Sequence record: OQ992561.1
Length of the DNA stretch: 64,000 bases
Strand: one strand, 5' to 3'
A program made the translations under genes and the position numbers. Numbering within the stretch: the stretch's first letter is position 1; each line of letters starts with the position of its first letter. This document shows, piece after piece, positions 27,484-45,802 of the stretch. The notes under the pieces were generated by a model. That model saw only the letters and a program-made list of their open reading frames with translations, was not told where the DNA came from and searched no databases.

Positions 27484-27963
27484 ATGTCGTATAGCTTAGG
27501 TATTGTCACTCGCAATAAGTCGGCACTGATTGTCACCAATGATTACAAATATGATGAGTTCGTTCTACTAAAACCGACCAGTGGTCTCAAGGTAGAAGGT
27601 CAGTTGGTGCAATTGGTCTGTATCTGTTTCGGTGACAAGGAAAAGCGTTCTCTGACTCACAAGATCATGACCAATGCTGAACAAGCAGATTACACCAAGG
27701 AAGACATCCTGGCTATGATGAAGGAACACGGTGTAGAACTGCGAGTGATCACTGATAAAGCAGTTCATGTATTTCAGTACATTCGTGATGTGGCTATCCA
27801 TGGTGTGGTTGATTCCAATAACACCACCTTCTGGTTCGGCGACACGGAACACCGAAAATTGTTTTATCCGTATTGCGGTATTGAAGGTAAATCTTTTCAT
27901 CATGCCCATCGTGATAAAGAATTGTGTCGGGTATTTGAGTTTGTCGCTGTAATCAATTGGTAA
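27484..27963 (+). CDS. Early hypothetical protein, 159 aa
   Basis: AAGGA SD; terminator at 27971-27994 follows. Confidence 0.85.
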   Translation: MSYSLGIVTRNKSALIVTNDYKYDEFVLLKPTSGLKVEGQLVQLVCICFGDKEKRSLTHKIMTNAEQADYTKEDILAMMKEHGVELRVITDKAVHVFQYIRDVAIHGVVDSNNTTFWFGDTEHRKLFYPYCGIEGKSFHHAHRDKELCRVFEFVAVINW

Positions 27964-28019
27964 CGATATAAATACCCTCCTTCGGGAGGGTATTTATTTT
28001 GTGATTAGAGGAATAAAAA

Positions 28020-28163
28020 ATGGTAGGTTATCGTATTATTGCTTTTAATGGTACTCAGTGGGAATCTCCGAGTGGGTACACCATTCAGCAAGCGGTGAAT
28101 GAGTTCCTAAAGAAATATGATTTACATGAATTAGATATTCGCAGTATTACTGCATTGCACTAA
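28020..28163 (+). CDS. 47-aa small protein (MVGYRIIAFNG...)
   Basis: Hand translation; GAGGA SD. Confidence 0.65.
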   Translation: MVGYRIIAFNGTQWESPSGYTIQQAVNEFLKKYDLHELDIRSITALH

Positions 28164-28191
28164 ATCCAATTTTAAATAGGAATACGTATTA

Positions 28192-28584
28192 ATGAATTAT
28201 AATGCAGAGAAATATACCGCACTGCTAGTTTCAATTGCAGCAAACATTGACACTGTAAATAAACTCACCAAAGAGATTTTATCGTCTTCTGATAATAGGG
28301 ATTTTCTCTATGATGTGCATCAAATGACTGACATGTCCCTCGCCAGTCTTCATACGCATCTAACTAAAGAAGTCGAAAAGTTGGTAGAAACAATGGATCT
28401 AGTTAAAGATGGTCTATATGTCCAGGATGTTGAACTCATTAAGGGTAAGGGAAACTGGCGACATATCGCGGATAATGAACCTACCATCAACGCTATTAAA
28501 GCACTGCGTAAACACATTGGCGAAATCAGTGCATTAGAAGCTAGAACTGTTGTTAAAGGTTACAAGGCAGGTGTCTTAAAATAA
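28192..28584 (+). CDS. Early hypothetical protein; C-terminus resembles a ribosomal L7/L12 C-terminal-like helix pair
   Basis: INAIKALRKHIGEISALEARTVV resembles the I.AIK.LR...G..L.EAK..V pattern (weak). Confidence 0.6.
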   Translation: MNYNAEKYTALLVSIAANIDTVNKLTKEILSSSDNRDFLYDVHQMTDMSLASLHTHLTKEVEKLVETMDLVKDGLYVQDVELIKGKGNWRHIADNEPTINAIKALRKHIGEISALEARTVVKGYKAGVLK

Positions 28585-28646
28585 CATCGAATAGTATTAA
28601 GTCTATCTTCTAGGAGGTATACTTAATAAATCATGAGGAAAATATA

Positions 28647-28976
28647 ATGTCCAATATGAAAAAATCTAGTTTGAAAGAATTCTTCGAACATATCACTCAG
28701 GCTGATCCATTTAATCCTTATTCCTTCATCTACTCCAGACCTATACAATACATTGGTGAAGATAGCGAGTACGCACTACATGTTACGTATGTGCATGGTG
28801 CAGCTTACATTGAAGGTCTTGTTGGCCATGAAGGAATCAGAATCAATGTATTCTACAATAAACTCCAAGGTATTCAACTTTGGACATACTTTGATAACGA
28901 ACCTCGTGTTGATTCATGGCCGTATTATCAAGTTGATGCAGCTTTAGAAGAAATCATCCGCCTAACTAAACTATAA
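28647..28976 (+). CDS. Early hypothetical protein, 109 aa
   Basis: GAGGA SD. Confidence 0.8.
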   Translation: MSNMKKSSLKEFFEHITQADPFNPYSFIYSRPIQYIGEDSEYALHVTYVHGAAYIEGLVGHEGIRINVFYNKLQGIQLWTYFDNEPRVDSWPYYQVDAALEEIIRLTKL

Positions 28977-28996
28977 ACTCTATTTATAAAAAATAG

Positions 28997-29215
28997 GTGA
29001 AGAAAATGATCTATCTGGGATGGTTTACCATTATCTTTGTTACAATGAGTCTATGTCTGTTTTATGTATTTTGTCACCGTAGTATTCGTGAATCACACCC
29101 AGGTGTAATAGAAAAACAGACTACTCGAAAAATTGTTATTTGGGCTGGTATTCTACTGGCACTCGCTTACTTAAATGAAATCAGCCGAGTCTATATAGAG
29201 CAGATAGTAACCTAA
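28997..29215 (+). CDS. Small two-TM membrane protein
   Basis: Two hydrophobic stretches; GTG start with an ATG three codons downstream. Confidence 0.7.
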   Translation: MKKMIYLGWFTIIFVTMSLCLFYVFCHRSIRESHPGVIEKQTTRKIVIWAGILLALAYLNEISRVYIEQIVT

Positions 29216-29272
29216 ATATTCAATAACTCCGAAATAATCAAAACTATTTAATATATCAAAAGGAATATTTCA

Positions 29273-29558
29273 ATGTTCGAAACTCAAGTCGCTCTTACTG
29301 ATGAACTCTAACAAGCTACGAGGGATACTGACTGACCTCGGTATACTCCCACCTCGCTTTGTTGAGAGCACCGATATCCGTGTCGGCAACTTCCGATTTC
29401 AGCGCTGGAAAACCCAGGTCCTCAAACCTGCTGCTCCTGGTTATCGGAAGTGGATTGACGTGGGTAGGTTAGAATGGGTGGAGGTTAAATACCACCTCAA
29501 CAAATTACTTAAAGAGAATAATCTCAATATCCAAGAAGAAAGTAATCGGTCTGGATAA
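29273..29558 (+). pseudogene. Frameshifted gene, or 12-aa uORF overlapping an 85-aa ORF
   Basis: SD-supported ATG29273 stops at 29311 (MFETQVALTDEL); the ORF continues in the +1 frame from ATG29301, which has no SD. Confidence 0.45.
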
Positions 29559-29704
29559 CCTCCGGAAGCTCCTGTCAGATCAACTCAACCCGCCACGTCA
29601 GTTAACAGACGCTGTACGCGAGAAAAATCTTCACAGCAAGTAACGATATAAGGCCCCTCCCTTCGGGTAGGGATTGTCTATTCATTTCTTAACAGGAAAT
29701 TCTA

Positions 29705-30040
29705 ATGGAAGACTTCAAAGAAATCGAGATTTACAGTATGACGTTCATCGACCATTCGGAAAATGCTTCTCGTGTAGTGATTGCACAGATCACTACTTTG
29801 GATGATCGTACTGTTTACGGGGTAATGGAGGTCAATGGTTTCGGCGGTCAGGCCACTACTAATCTGCGTCGATTCGAACAGAACCGTCAACACGCTCGTT
29901 ACTTCTTCACCAAGTCGGTAGCCACTGCTCACGCCGAGGCTTACGTCAAGTACCTGAATGACGACATGGTCGAACAAGACTACCTCGACATGAATACTGG
30001 CTATAACTACGCCGAATTCATGAACATGGTAAATATCTGA
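29705..30040 (+). CDS. Early hypothetical protein, 111 aa
   Basis: AGGA SD; host-like codons. Confidence 0.85.
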   Translation: MEDFKEIEIYSMTFIDHSENASRVVIAQITTLDDRTVYGVMEVNGFGGQATTNLRRFEQNRQHARYFFTKSVATAHAEAYVKYLNDDMVEQDYLDMNTGYNYAEFMNMVNI

Positions 30041-30117
30041 GGTCATCATGGACAAGATGCATTCAATCTTCGAGTTCAGTAACAAGACCATTTGTAGCTG
30101 TTAAAGGAAATTAACTC

Positions 30118-30333
30118 ATGTCAATGAAAATGTATAATGGTCCTTATGGTAATTATAAGGCTGGTACTTATGGAGCCGTATTAAATGCATTGGCCGAACA
30201 AGAAGGTCGACCACTGACGTGGATCGACCAACATGTACTTGGTCAGGGTAAGCTGTTGAAGCGGAGTGATGAATCTATCATTGTGGCCACCTGGGAATGG
30301 CATGATAATGAAATCGTTTTCAATTTTTCCTAA
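30118..30333 (+). CDS. Early hypothetical protein, 71 aa
   Basis: AAGGA SD. Confidence 0.8.
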   Translation: MSMKMYNGPYGNYKAGTYGAVLNALAEQEGRPLTWIDQHVLGQGKLLKRSDESIIVATWEWHDNEIVFNFS

Positions 30334-30617
30334 ACTCAGTAAAGAAGGTCGAGACGGCATAAAAGGAATTCCCACTGGCCGCTAAACCAGTGGGGTTCCA
30401 AACAGCGCATTCGCGACTACACTGTCAGTAGGTATCATCCAAGAGAACTGCGGATTAGCTACTTACCTATCATGGGTATTTTCGCTAGCAGTATTATAAC
30501 AACACCGTACGTTCTGAAAAGATTAGCCCTCCTGTCGCACCAGGAGGGCTATATGTCGTCAAGTTTAAGCTTGACATTTTTTGCCCAAAATGGGCTTTCT
30601 TGCAGAGGAGACTTCGA

Positions 30618-30884
30618 ATGAAAGTCTTTGAAACAAGTTCCAGACCTGATCCAATTTATGGATACATAGCTGGTTTAGAAGTAACAGCATTCAATGGTAA
30701 GCCACTAGTCTACGGACGAAATGAGCTAATCAAAATTGCTGTATATGATAATAAAACTTTCCTAGGTTACATTGGCAATGGTCAGCTTGTAAACATGATT
30801 TCTGATGCTAAATGGATTGACGGATCGTCTAACTATCATATTAATTCTAACTCCAGTAATCTTTTGTTCGCTAGAGTTGCTTAA
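30618..30884 (+). CDS. Hypothetical protein, 88 aa (start MKVFETS)
   Basis: GAGGAG SD; convergent terminator at 30892-30916. Confidence 0.75.
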   Translation: MKVFETSSRPDPIYGYIAGLEVTAFNGKPLVYGRNELIKIAVYDNKTFLGYIGNGQLVNMISDAKWIDGSSNYHINSNSSNLLFARVA

Positions 30885-30938
30885 CTTCAAATACCCTCTT
30901 CATTGCGAAGAGGGTAACGTATTATTATTTTTTTTTGT

Positions 30939-33092
30939 TTAATACCAACTATTTCTAGAATATCTGTTAATACGCACTCTACGTGTACGCTCTGCACGAG
31001 CTTGATTTAACATGGCATCAATACCTACACCACTGCTATCATCAATATTAACACGTTTAGACAATTGTTTCAAACGCATTTCTAACTTAGCTGCAATCAT
31101 CGGGTTCTTTTCACCGCGAAGCTGCTCAATTATCTCTTCAAATTCTTTGCGACCTTGCTGTTCTTTCTCTTCATGATATTTTTCAAGTTGACTTGGTTCT
31201 TTATCACGTAATTTTGATTTACCTAAGATGGGAACATTGATACCATAATAAGATAAATTCTTACCTTGTATTAATAACCAATGGGCTAATAATAATGATA
31301 CCACTAAGTCATCATGGTTCCCCTTAGCATGGTCAATTCTACCATTACGGATAGTAAGTGCTAATAACTCCGTGCTAAGTGGTTTATCATAGATGGTCCT
31401 TACCCCATAATGCATTGCTGATGGTAATGCCACCTTAAATAGATTATCACGAGAATACTCGCCAGTACCTGACGTTGCATAGCCAAAATAACGTTTAAAC
31501 CTATCATAGAACGATGGTTGTCTTGCTGATAACGGAGTTTGAATGTCTCTGAAATCATTTTCTCTTTCTGATGATTCATTGACAATTCTGTTAAAGATAC
31601 GCCGGAATGGATCTACTCCTTTAGTATGTAGAATCAAGATAACATGGTCAATTAACGATATACCTATTGATTTACGTTCTGGTATCCAAAGAATATTAGG
31701 ATATCTCAATAGCATTGTTGCAAAGAAATTACCCATTGATGGCACTGATGATTCATTGTATCTACCAACACACATAACCTCATGTGTTTCTACATCAACT
31801 ACAACTGTGCCGGTGGCGTCATTATCTTCACCAAGAAGTTCAGATGGGTCGGTACCCATAACGAACCTACCCTTCATCATCCGTGAGGCTACTTCTTCTT
31901 TTGGTATATACCAACGAAGTGTGTAACCATCATCCGTGATTTCTGTCCAGCTTGGCTCACGCATATTGTTTTTAAGTTTATCTTTCTCATCTGATGATAA
32001 GGGTGAACCTTCACCACCAACTGTCCAGATATTGAAGAAGTCCCTATCGGCAATTTCACCGAATGAACCTGATTCACGAAGTGTGTTATATAACCACTCA
32101 TCGGTACGTCCTAATTGACGGTGGTTAAATGCACCATAAACTAGAGGTTTCTTTCCAGTAGTGCCTTTTTCTACAACACGATGTAGAGTTTTCTGATCTG
32201 GTAGATCAAAGAATTCCTCTGACCATGGGCAGCCACCTGTTAAGAAGTGATATGCAAATTCACCATCACGGGTAGTGATGTTACCAGCTGTAGTTGTATA
32301 GATGTTACCATAAGGCTGGTTCTCACGGCGAGCTTCATCACGAGCTGCTGAACCTGATGCAAGTGCAACAGGTAGTGAAACACCAATTAAGTTAATATAT
32401 GCAAGTTCGTCAAAGTGCATATTTGGTACTGTAAGACCACGACCTAATTTATCAGCTGCGTTAACATCATTTCGACCAACAGCTGTTAGATACCTATTAC
32501 CTAATCTAATACATGTCATCAATTCGGAGTTATCCGCATCTAATGGATCAGTATAGTGGATATACTCTGGTAACAAATCACGCATTACTTTTAGACGCTC
32601 GATGTTAGCATTGCGTAGTTTGTTATCTTTAGTAATAAGGTTAATCTTAGTGTTCTCACCCCAGATATACATCATGCCTGTATTGAGCACGTCAGTTGAT
32701 ACGGACTTACCTGTCTGACGAGGCTGTAATAAACCAAAATCTACGTGATTGAAATAACACCAGAATAAAGCAATATTACCACGGTTAGCTTGGAATGGAA
32801 TTGGATTATTACCCGAGTTAGGGGGGATTCTTGCCACTTCCCTAAAAAAATACCAAGGATTATATTTGCATTCCATGTTAATACGAAACTTCATTTCTTC
32901 GCTAAGATTAGGGTCATATGGATCCACCCCAATTAAACCTTGGTCCAATATAGCTAGTATAAATTTGTAATTTTTAATACCCATCTTTTTATAAGTCAAT
33001 GCTAACTTTATAAATGATTTATTTTTAGTAGTAAGATCAACACTAGCGCTGTAGTATTTATCCCAATCACTATTGAAAAGTATAACGTCCAT
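30939..33092 (-). CDS. terL: Terminase large subunit (phiKZ gp25-like)
   Basis: Walker A PRQTGKS, Walker B HFDE, RNase H-like MGTDP and HDDLV. Confidence 0.93.
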   Translation of the reverse strand: MDVILFNSDWDKYYSASVDLTTKNKSFIKLALTYKKMGIKNYKFILAILDQGLIGVDPYDPNLSEEMKFRINMECKYNPWYFFREVARIPPNSGNNPIPFQANRGNIALFWCYFNHVDFGLLQPRQTGKSVSTDVLNTGMMYIWGENTKINLITKDNKLRNANIERLKVMRDLLPEYIHYTDPLDADNSELMTCIRLGNRYLTAVGRNDVNAADKLGRGLTVPNMHFDELAYINLIGVSLPVALASGSAARDEARRENQPYGNIYTTTAGNITTRDGEFAYHFLTGGCPWSEEFFDLPDQKTLHRVVEKGTTGKKPLVYGAFNHRQLGRTDEWLYNTLRESGSFGEIADRDFFNIWTVGGEGSPLSSDEKDKLKNNMREPSWTEITDDGYTLRWYIPKEEVASRMMKGRFVMGTDPSELLGEDNDATGTVVVDVETHEVMCVGRYNESSVPSMGNFFATMLLRYPNILWIPERKSIGISLIDHVILILHTKGVDPFRRIFNRIVNESSERENDFRDIQTPLSARQPSFYDRFKRYFGYATSGTGEYSRDNLFKVALPSAMHYGVRTIYDKPLSTELLALTIRNGRIDHAKGNHDDLVVSLLLAHWLLIQGKNLSYYGINVPILGKSKLRDKEPSQLEKYHEEKEQQGRKEFEEIIEQLRGEKNPMIAAKLEMRLKQLSKRVNIDDSSGVGIDAMLNQARAERTRRVRINRYSRNSWY

Positions 33093-33193
33093 ACACTGCC
33101 CTTTAAGGTACTTATTTTAATGTGCCATAATAAAGCCGTATTGAACGGCAATTGTAAAGTATAGTCTCATATGGATAATGTGTTAAAAGACGT

Positions 33194-33230
33194 TATAAAG
33201 CCCCCTAGGAACCACCTAGGGGGCTTTATA
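33194..33230. terminator. 16-bp perfect hairpin
   Basis: TATAAAGCCCCCTAGG-aacca-CCTAGGGGGCTTTATA. Confidence 0.85.
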
Positions 33231-33231
33231 T

Positions 33232-38562
<5,331 letters not shown>

Positions 38563-38639
38563 TACCGCTACTCCTTAAATGGATAGTAAAAAATAACTAG
38601 TATGGTCAACTATGATTAATATCTATGATTGACTGTTAG

Positions 38640-40778
<2,139 letters not shown>

Positions 40779-40806
40779 GTGGGTGGCTTTCAGAATGAGG
40801 AAAAGT

Positions 40807-41690
<884 letters not shown>

Positions 41691-41691
<1 letters not shown>

Positions 41692-41873
41692 TGGCAAAAG
41701 TATATCCGATGGTCCCACCTGGGAAGACTCGCAACCAAGATCAGAACTTTGATATCAATGCATTCTTTTCTCCCGATGTAGTTGCGGCTGACAATGGTCT
41801 GGTTAGTCAACTTCGGCGAAATGCTCAAACTGAAAAGAATGAGCAGACTGTCGGTACTAACCAAAAAAGCTAA
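41691..41873 (+). CDS. 60-aa small protein coupled to the tail tube gene
   Basis: TAATG overlap; terminator at 41882-41899 follows. Confidence 0.65.
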
Positions 41874-41922
41874 AGCATATCGCCTCCCTTCGGGGAGGCT
41901 TTATGTTGTTAAAAACTATGCT

Positions 41923-41947
41923 AAAAAATAATTAAGATATATATTAC
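41923..41947 (+). promoter_or_regulatory. Early promoter (AAAAAATAATTAAGATA-TATATTAC)
   Basis: TATATTAC at 41940-41947; the extended motif recurs at about 47736, 54214, 61153, 63258 and 63905. Confidence 0.75.
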
Positions 41948-42000
41948 ATGTTTGCTTATTCAATAAGTAAAACTAGATTGTAAATTTTAGAGAGGTTAAA

Positions 42001-43197
42001 ATGAAAATTAATGAACTTACAAATACTGATTTATTATTAGAAAACCACACTATTAATAAAATTGATTGTTTACTAGGATTACTTTATAAACATAACTTCG
42101 ATAAAGAATTTACATCTAAAATTAATTTTGGTATTCTAACGCAAATGACATATCAGAAGGATGATGTCAGTTTCGTAGTGAAGCCTAGCTTTGAACAAGG
42201 TTTTATTAATATCACTTTTAGTAATGATACATCATGGAATGTTAATTTTGCACTCATCGATGGTAAACCTAAATACATTGGTTATACTGATCAAGAAGTG
42301 ACAATTGAAGAGCCGCATAGCAGGGAATATTACACTCTAACAAGTGAGAGTATTCGGCAATTAACAATTCAAGTATTAATTAATACATGGTATCAAGTAA
42401 ATAATATTCCAAGCGAAGTATACGAGTATCAACATCACTGGAAACTGGATAAAAATATTCTTAACGATGATGATATTATTCGATACTATTATCGTTTCAT
42501 TTTAGCTACCTATTGGGGAATGCCAACACCTGATAGACAAGCTACATTTGAAAAGTGGTTAGAAAATGACATTGCAAATGGGGAAGGTGATGACACAACT
42601 AATAGTCATTTAAAATGGCTATTCAAACAGGATCATTCTAATATTACTGAAACAACTAATGTTAGAGATGAAATTAATGCATGTAGCATCCACCACATTT
42701 ATCCGTCAGGCAATATTACGTGTGTTTTAACTGATAATAAGAAACCCACACGTTGGCGAGAATATGTAATGCATGCCTTCTATAAAACCATTGGGTATAC
42801 TTGGGTTAATCCAATTGAACTATATTGGCATAAAGGTACTTCTGTGGAGTATGTTAGTTTAGAAACGGTTAATGCCAACCTTTTACTAGCTGCAAATATT
42901 TTCACTGTATACAGTAATTGGAATATTACGGAAAATAGCCATACTTCAGATAACTCTGTATCTATCCCAGCTATTAACCTATTTTGCATCAATAGTGAAA
43001 ATAGTCAATATGCAGTATCCTTTAAGAATAAAAATAATAACTCTTATGAATTATTTGATTCATTATCCTTAAGTGGAAATCAAATAATTTCATACACTGA
43101 AACCGCTATTGAGAAATCTAATTGTTCTGGTCCATTGAAATTTGTAAGTGATCACGTTATCAAGTTTATTTGTAAGGAACTAACAACGTGTCGATGA
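42001..43197 (+). CDS. Hypothetical protein, 398 aa
   Basis: GAGG SD. Confidence 0.85.
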   Translation: MKINELTNTDLLLENHTINKIDCLLGLLYKHNFDKEFTSKINFGILTQMTYQKDDVSFVVKPSFEQGFINITFSNDTSWNVNFALIDGKPKYIGYTDQEVTIEEPHSREYYTLTSESIRQLTIQVLINTWYQVNNIPSEVYEYQHHWKLDKNILNDDDIIRYYYRFILATYWGMPTPDRQATFEKWLENDIANGEGDDTTNSHLKWLFKQDHSNITETTNVRDEINACSIHHIYPSGNITCVLTDNKKPTRWREYVMHAFYKTIGYTWVNPIELYWHKGTSVEYVSLETVNANLLLAANIFTVYSNWNITENSHTSDNSVSIPAINLFCINSENSQYAVSFKNKNNNSYELFDSLSLSGNQIISYTETAIEKSNCSGPLKFVSDHVIKFICKELTTCR

Positions 43198-43550
43198 AGA
43201 ATGAAATTGATAGTTTAACTAAAATTATTAATGATTTATTAAAAGAGCACTTTACTAATCGTAAAGAATTTATTACGAAGATTGGTAATAAACGTATAGT
43301 CGTTCCGGGTGCTCTAGTTTTCTTCAAAAAGTTACGTGGAGAAATTACGGCTAAGGTTTATGCAAAGCGTAAAGTAGATGGTGGCTATCATGAGCCAGCT
43401 ATTAGCACTGTATGTGTTAGTAATACAAATGTATCATGGGGTGGATTCAGTGGCACCCCACGTAAGGAAATTAAAGATAGTTTAACTATTTTTACTTATG
43501 TGGCTATTTACGATGCTCTGAAAAATTTATGTAATGATCAATCTAGCTAA
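43188..43550 (+). CDS. Hypothetical basic protein, about 120 aa
   Basis: Overlaps the upstream stop; convergent terminator at 43569-43589. Confidence 0.75.
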   Translation: MSMKNEIDSLTKIINDLLKEHFTNRKEFITKIGNKRIVVPGALVFFKKLRGEITAKVYAKRKVDGGYHEPAISTVCVSNTNVSWGGFSGTPRKEIKDSLTIFTYVAIYDALKNLCNDQSS

Positions 43551-43596
43551 TGTTACTTAACAGCATAAGCCCTCCCATTGCGGGAGGGCATTATGT

Positions 43597-44871
43597 TTAT
43601 TTTGTTTTTGTATAGTAATTCTTAGTCATAGCACGTAGAATTAAATACAACATCAACCCAGTCCTAGTTGCTGCGATATATGCAGGTACCCTAGAATTAG
43701 TCGCATCCCTAACTAACTTCTCACCTTCTTCACGCATGAAAATAACTTGAGCATTTTCTGTTTTAGATGCCATTATCTTTGCTCGTATTTTTACAAGCAA
43801 TGTTTGTAGATCATTATTTCTAGCAACCATTGTACGGAGTGATTGCATATAATCGAAAGCATACAATAAGCACTCATCTACGAGTTTCTCAAGCTTTTGT
43901 GCTCTAGGTTGACCGATGTTACGGGAAAGGTGTCTAAGCGTTGCCATGAACATTTCTGGAGGCATTGTGGGCATTATCTTTTCAATAATACCGACTAGCT
44001 CAGGTCTAATGAAATTTTGTTCTTGTTGCGCAACTTGATGGATATAAGTAAGATATGAGCGATACCCAGTAGACTTATCGCGTAGAATCTGCTCACCATC
44101 AGAATTAACAGCCATATCCGATGAAATAACTAATTTACCACCTGATTGCAGTGTTCTGATATAAACATCATAGTACTTGTTGATTAATTCACGTAGACGT
44201 GTTTGAGTATCAGATACCACACGACCAGACCAATAATCCAGTTCTTGTGTTTTACCAGTTAAGAAAGGTGCATAAATAGAATCAGGTGCAATGATACCTT
44301 CAGCCCGTTGCCTAAATAGTTTCTCCCATGACCCAATTGTCTTAATGTCAAATCGATAATTGAGTGCGGCGAATGCAGCTTCGGCTACTTCTTTACGTGC
44401 AGGATATTTAAAGCGTGGTACAAGTAAAGATGTTAGATATTTAAAATGCAACACCATGAAACAACTAACCATTGCTTCATGTCTAATATTCAAAGGAACA
44501 TTAGTTGTTTTTAAAAGCCTAGAACAAATATAGGCAGGAAGATGATTGAATACATCTGACATTACACGATGGTTAGGGTCAATGAATTCAACTGACTTAA
44601 AATCTTGGACTAACAGCGCTTCATCAATTCGTAAAACATCATCATACCAAATCTCACGATCCGTATCGAAGAATTTAACTTGTTGTACACCTAGTAATAC
44701 ACCACCAAAGAAAGCAGAGTGATCAGCATTCCTATTCATAAAACTGATAGTAAAGTCAATAATTCTTTTACATAAATCGCGATCAAATTGAACATCCTTA
44801 AAATTTCTATCAAGGACTTCTTTAATAGTTGCCATTGGGAAAACCTCCTGGAGAATCAAATCATAAGTCAT
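43597..44871 (-). CDS. Conserved virion-associated protein (gp32-like; probable start MATIKEV)
   Basis: Size and synteny; GGAGG SD before the internal ATG. Confidence 0.7.
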   Translation of the reverse strand: MTYDLILQEVFPMATIKEVLDRNFKDVQFDRDLCKRIIDFTISFMNRNADHSAFFGGVLLGVQQVKFFDTDREIWYDDVLRIDEALLVQDFKSVEFIDPNHRVMSDVFNHLPAYICSRLLKTTNVPLNIRHEAMVSCFMVLHFKYLTSLLVPRFKYPARKEVAEAAFAALNYRFDIKTIGSWEKLFRQRAEGIIAPDSIYAPFLTGKTQELDYWSGRVVSDTQTRLRELINKYYDVYIRTLQSGGKLVISSDMAVNSDGEQILRDKSTGYRSYLTYIHQVAQQEQNFIRPELVGIIEKIMPTMPPEMFMATLRHLSRNIGQPRAQKLEKLVDECLLYAFDYMQSLRTMVARNNDLQTLLVKIRAKIMASKTENAQVIFMREEGEKLVRDATNSRVPAYIAATRTGLMLYLILRAMTKNYYTKTK

Positions 44872-44925
44872 AAAAGTACTTATGTTATTTATTCCATGTA
44901 ATTACATAAATTAGAGGATAATAAA

Positions 44926-45795
44926 ATGGTTTATAAAATGATTAGTTTATTAAACCTAGCTAACCCTAGTTTAATTCAGCAATTAAGTCAATCGGTATCT
45001 AATGAAAAAGATCTAGAAAATCTTAGAACTAGTGGTTGGCTAAAAGATGATCTTAATAATAATGTGTTTTTCATTTATTCTGAAACATCTTCTGATATTC
45101 TAGCTAGTCTAAGGATTTTTTTAAATATTGACCCATGGGTAGATAGTGGTAGTAACTATCAGAAACTAGATGTTAGTCAAGTTAGTCGATACATGACAAC
45201 TGCACTTGCTTGTACTAATAATGATTATGAAGTTAATGTTATTAAAACTATTTCTAAACTATTATTATCGTTTATTAATAATCAGATATGTTCAGTTAAT
45301 AATATTAAGTTTAACAATAGTGGTAATGAGACTCAACTATCAATTGGTTTAATACATGATTCTTACACACTGGACATAGATTTAAATATTGGGATGAAAT
45401 CATTTATTGATAATAAAACTATTATTGATAAATATAAATTATTTGAAACATCGTTAAGTAAAACTAAGAGTGAATTTAATTTTTCTATAGTCACTAATGA
45501 CAAAGTTAATAAAGTTGCATCCATATACAAGACCGCAGCTACATGCGAATATGATGATACAATTCTATTTAACAAAGATTCGCTAGTAAGTATAAAACCA
45601 TTTATTGATGGACATTCACTTATTACTAATGAGCTTATTGAATCGCTTATCAAAGAAATTCAAAATAAAGAAACTAAAAAATTAAAGTTAATCAAAGTTA
45701 TGTGTTCCAATCATTATCAAAGAACTCATAGAGATTTAATCACAATTGTCTTATGCAGTCCTGTTAATATTTGGTCCATAACTATCCATGTATAG
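44926..45795 (+). CDS. Hypothetical protein, 289 aa
   Basis: GAGGA SD. Confidence 0.8.
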   Translation: MVYKMISLLNLANPSLIQQLSQSVSNEKDLENLRTSGWLKDDLNNNVFFIYSETSSDILASLRIFLNIDPWVDSGSNYQKLDVSQVSRYMTTALACTNNDYEVNVIKTISKLLLSFINNQICSVNNIKFNNSGNETQLSIGLIHDSYTLDIDLNIGMKSFIDNKTIIDKYKLFETSLSKTKSEFNFSIVTNDKVNKVASIYKTAATCEYDDTILFNKDSLVSIKPFIDGHSLITNELIESLIKEIQNKETKKLKLIKVMCSNHYQRTHRDLITIVLCSPVNIWSITIHV

Positions 45796-45802
45796 GTAAC
45801 AT

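Noticed and set aside
25148-27909. Several 100-150 aa antisense or alternate-frame ORFs (25148, 25305, 25622, 26511, 26791, 27139, 27568)
   Set aside because: Shadows of real genes in a higher-GC region. They have no SD, show Ser/Arg-rich nonsense composition, and lie wholly within better-supported ORFs.
29702-30091. 129-aa minus-strand ORF antisense to 29705-30040
   Set aside because: In-register antisense shadow. The plus-strand gene has the SD and the codon bias.
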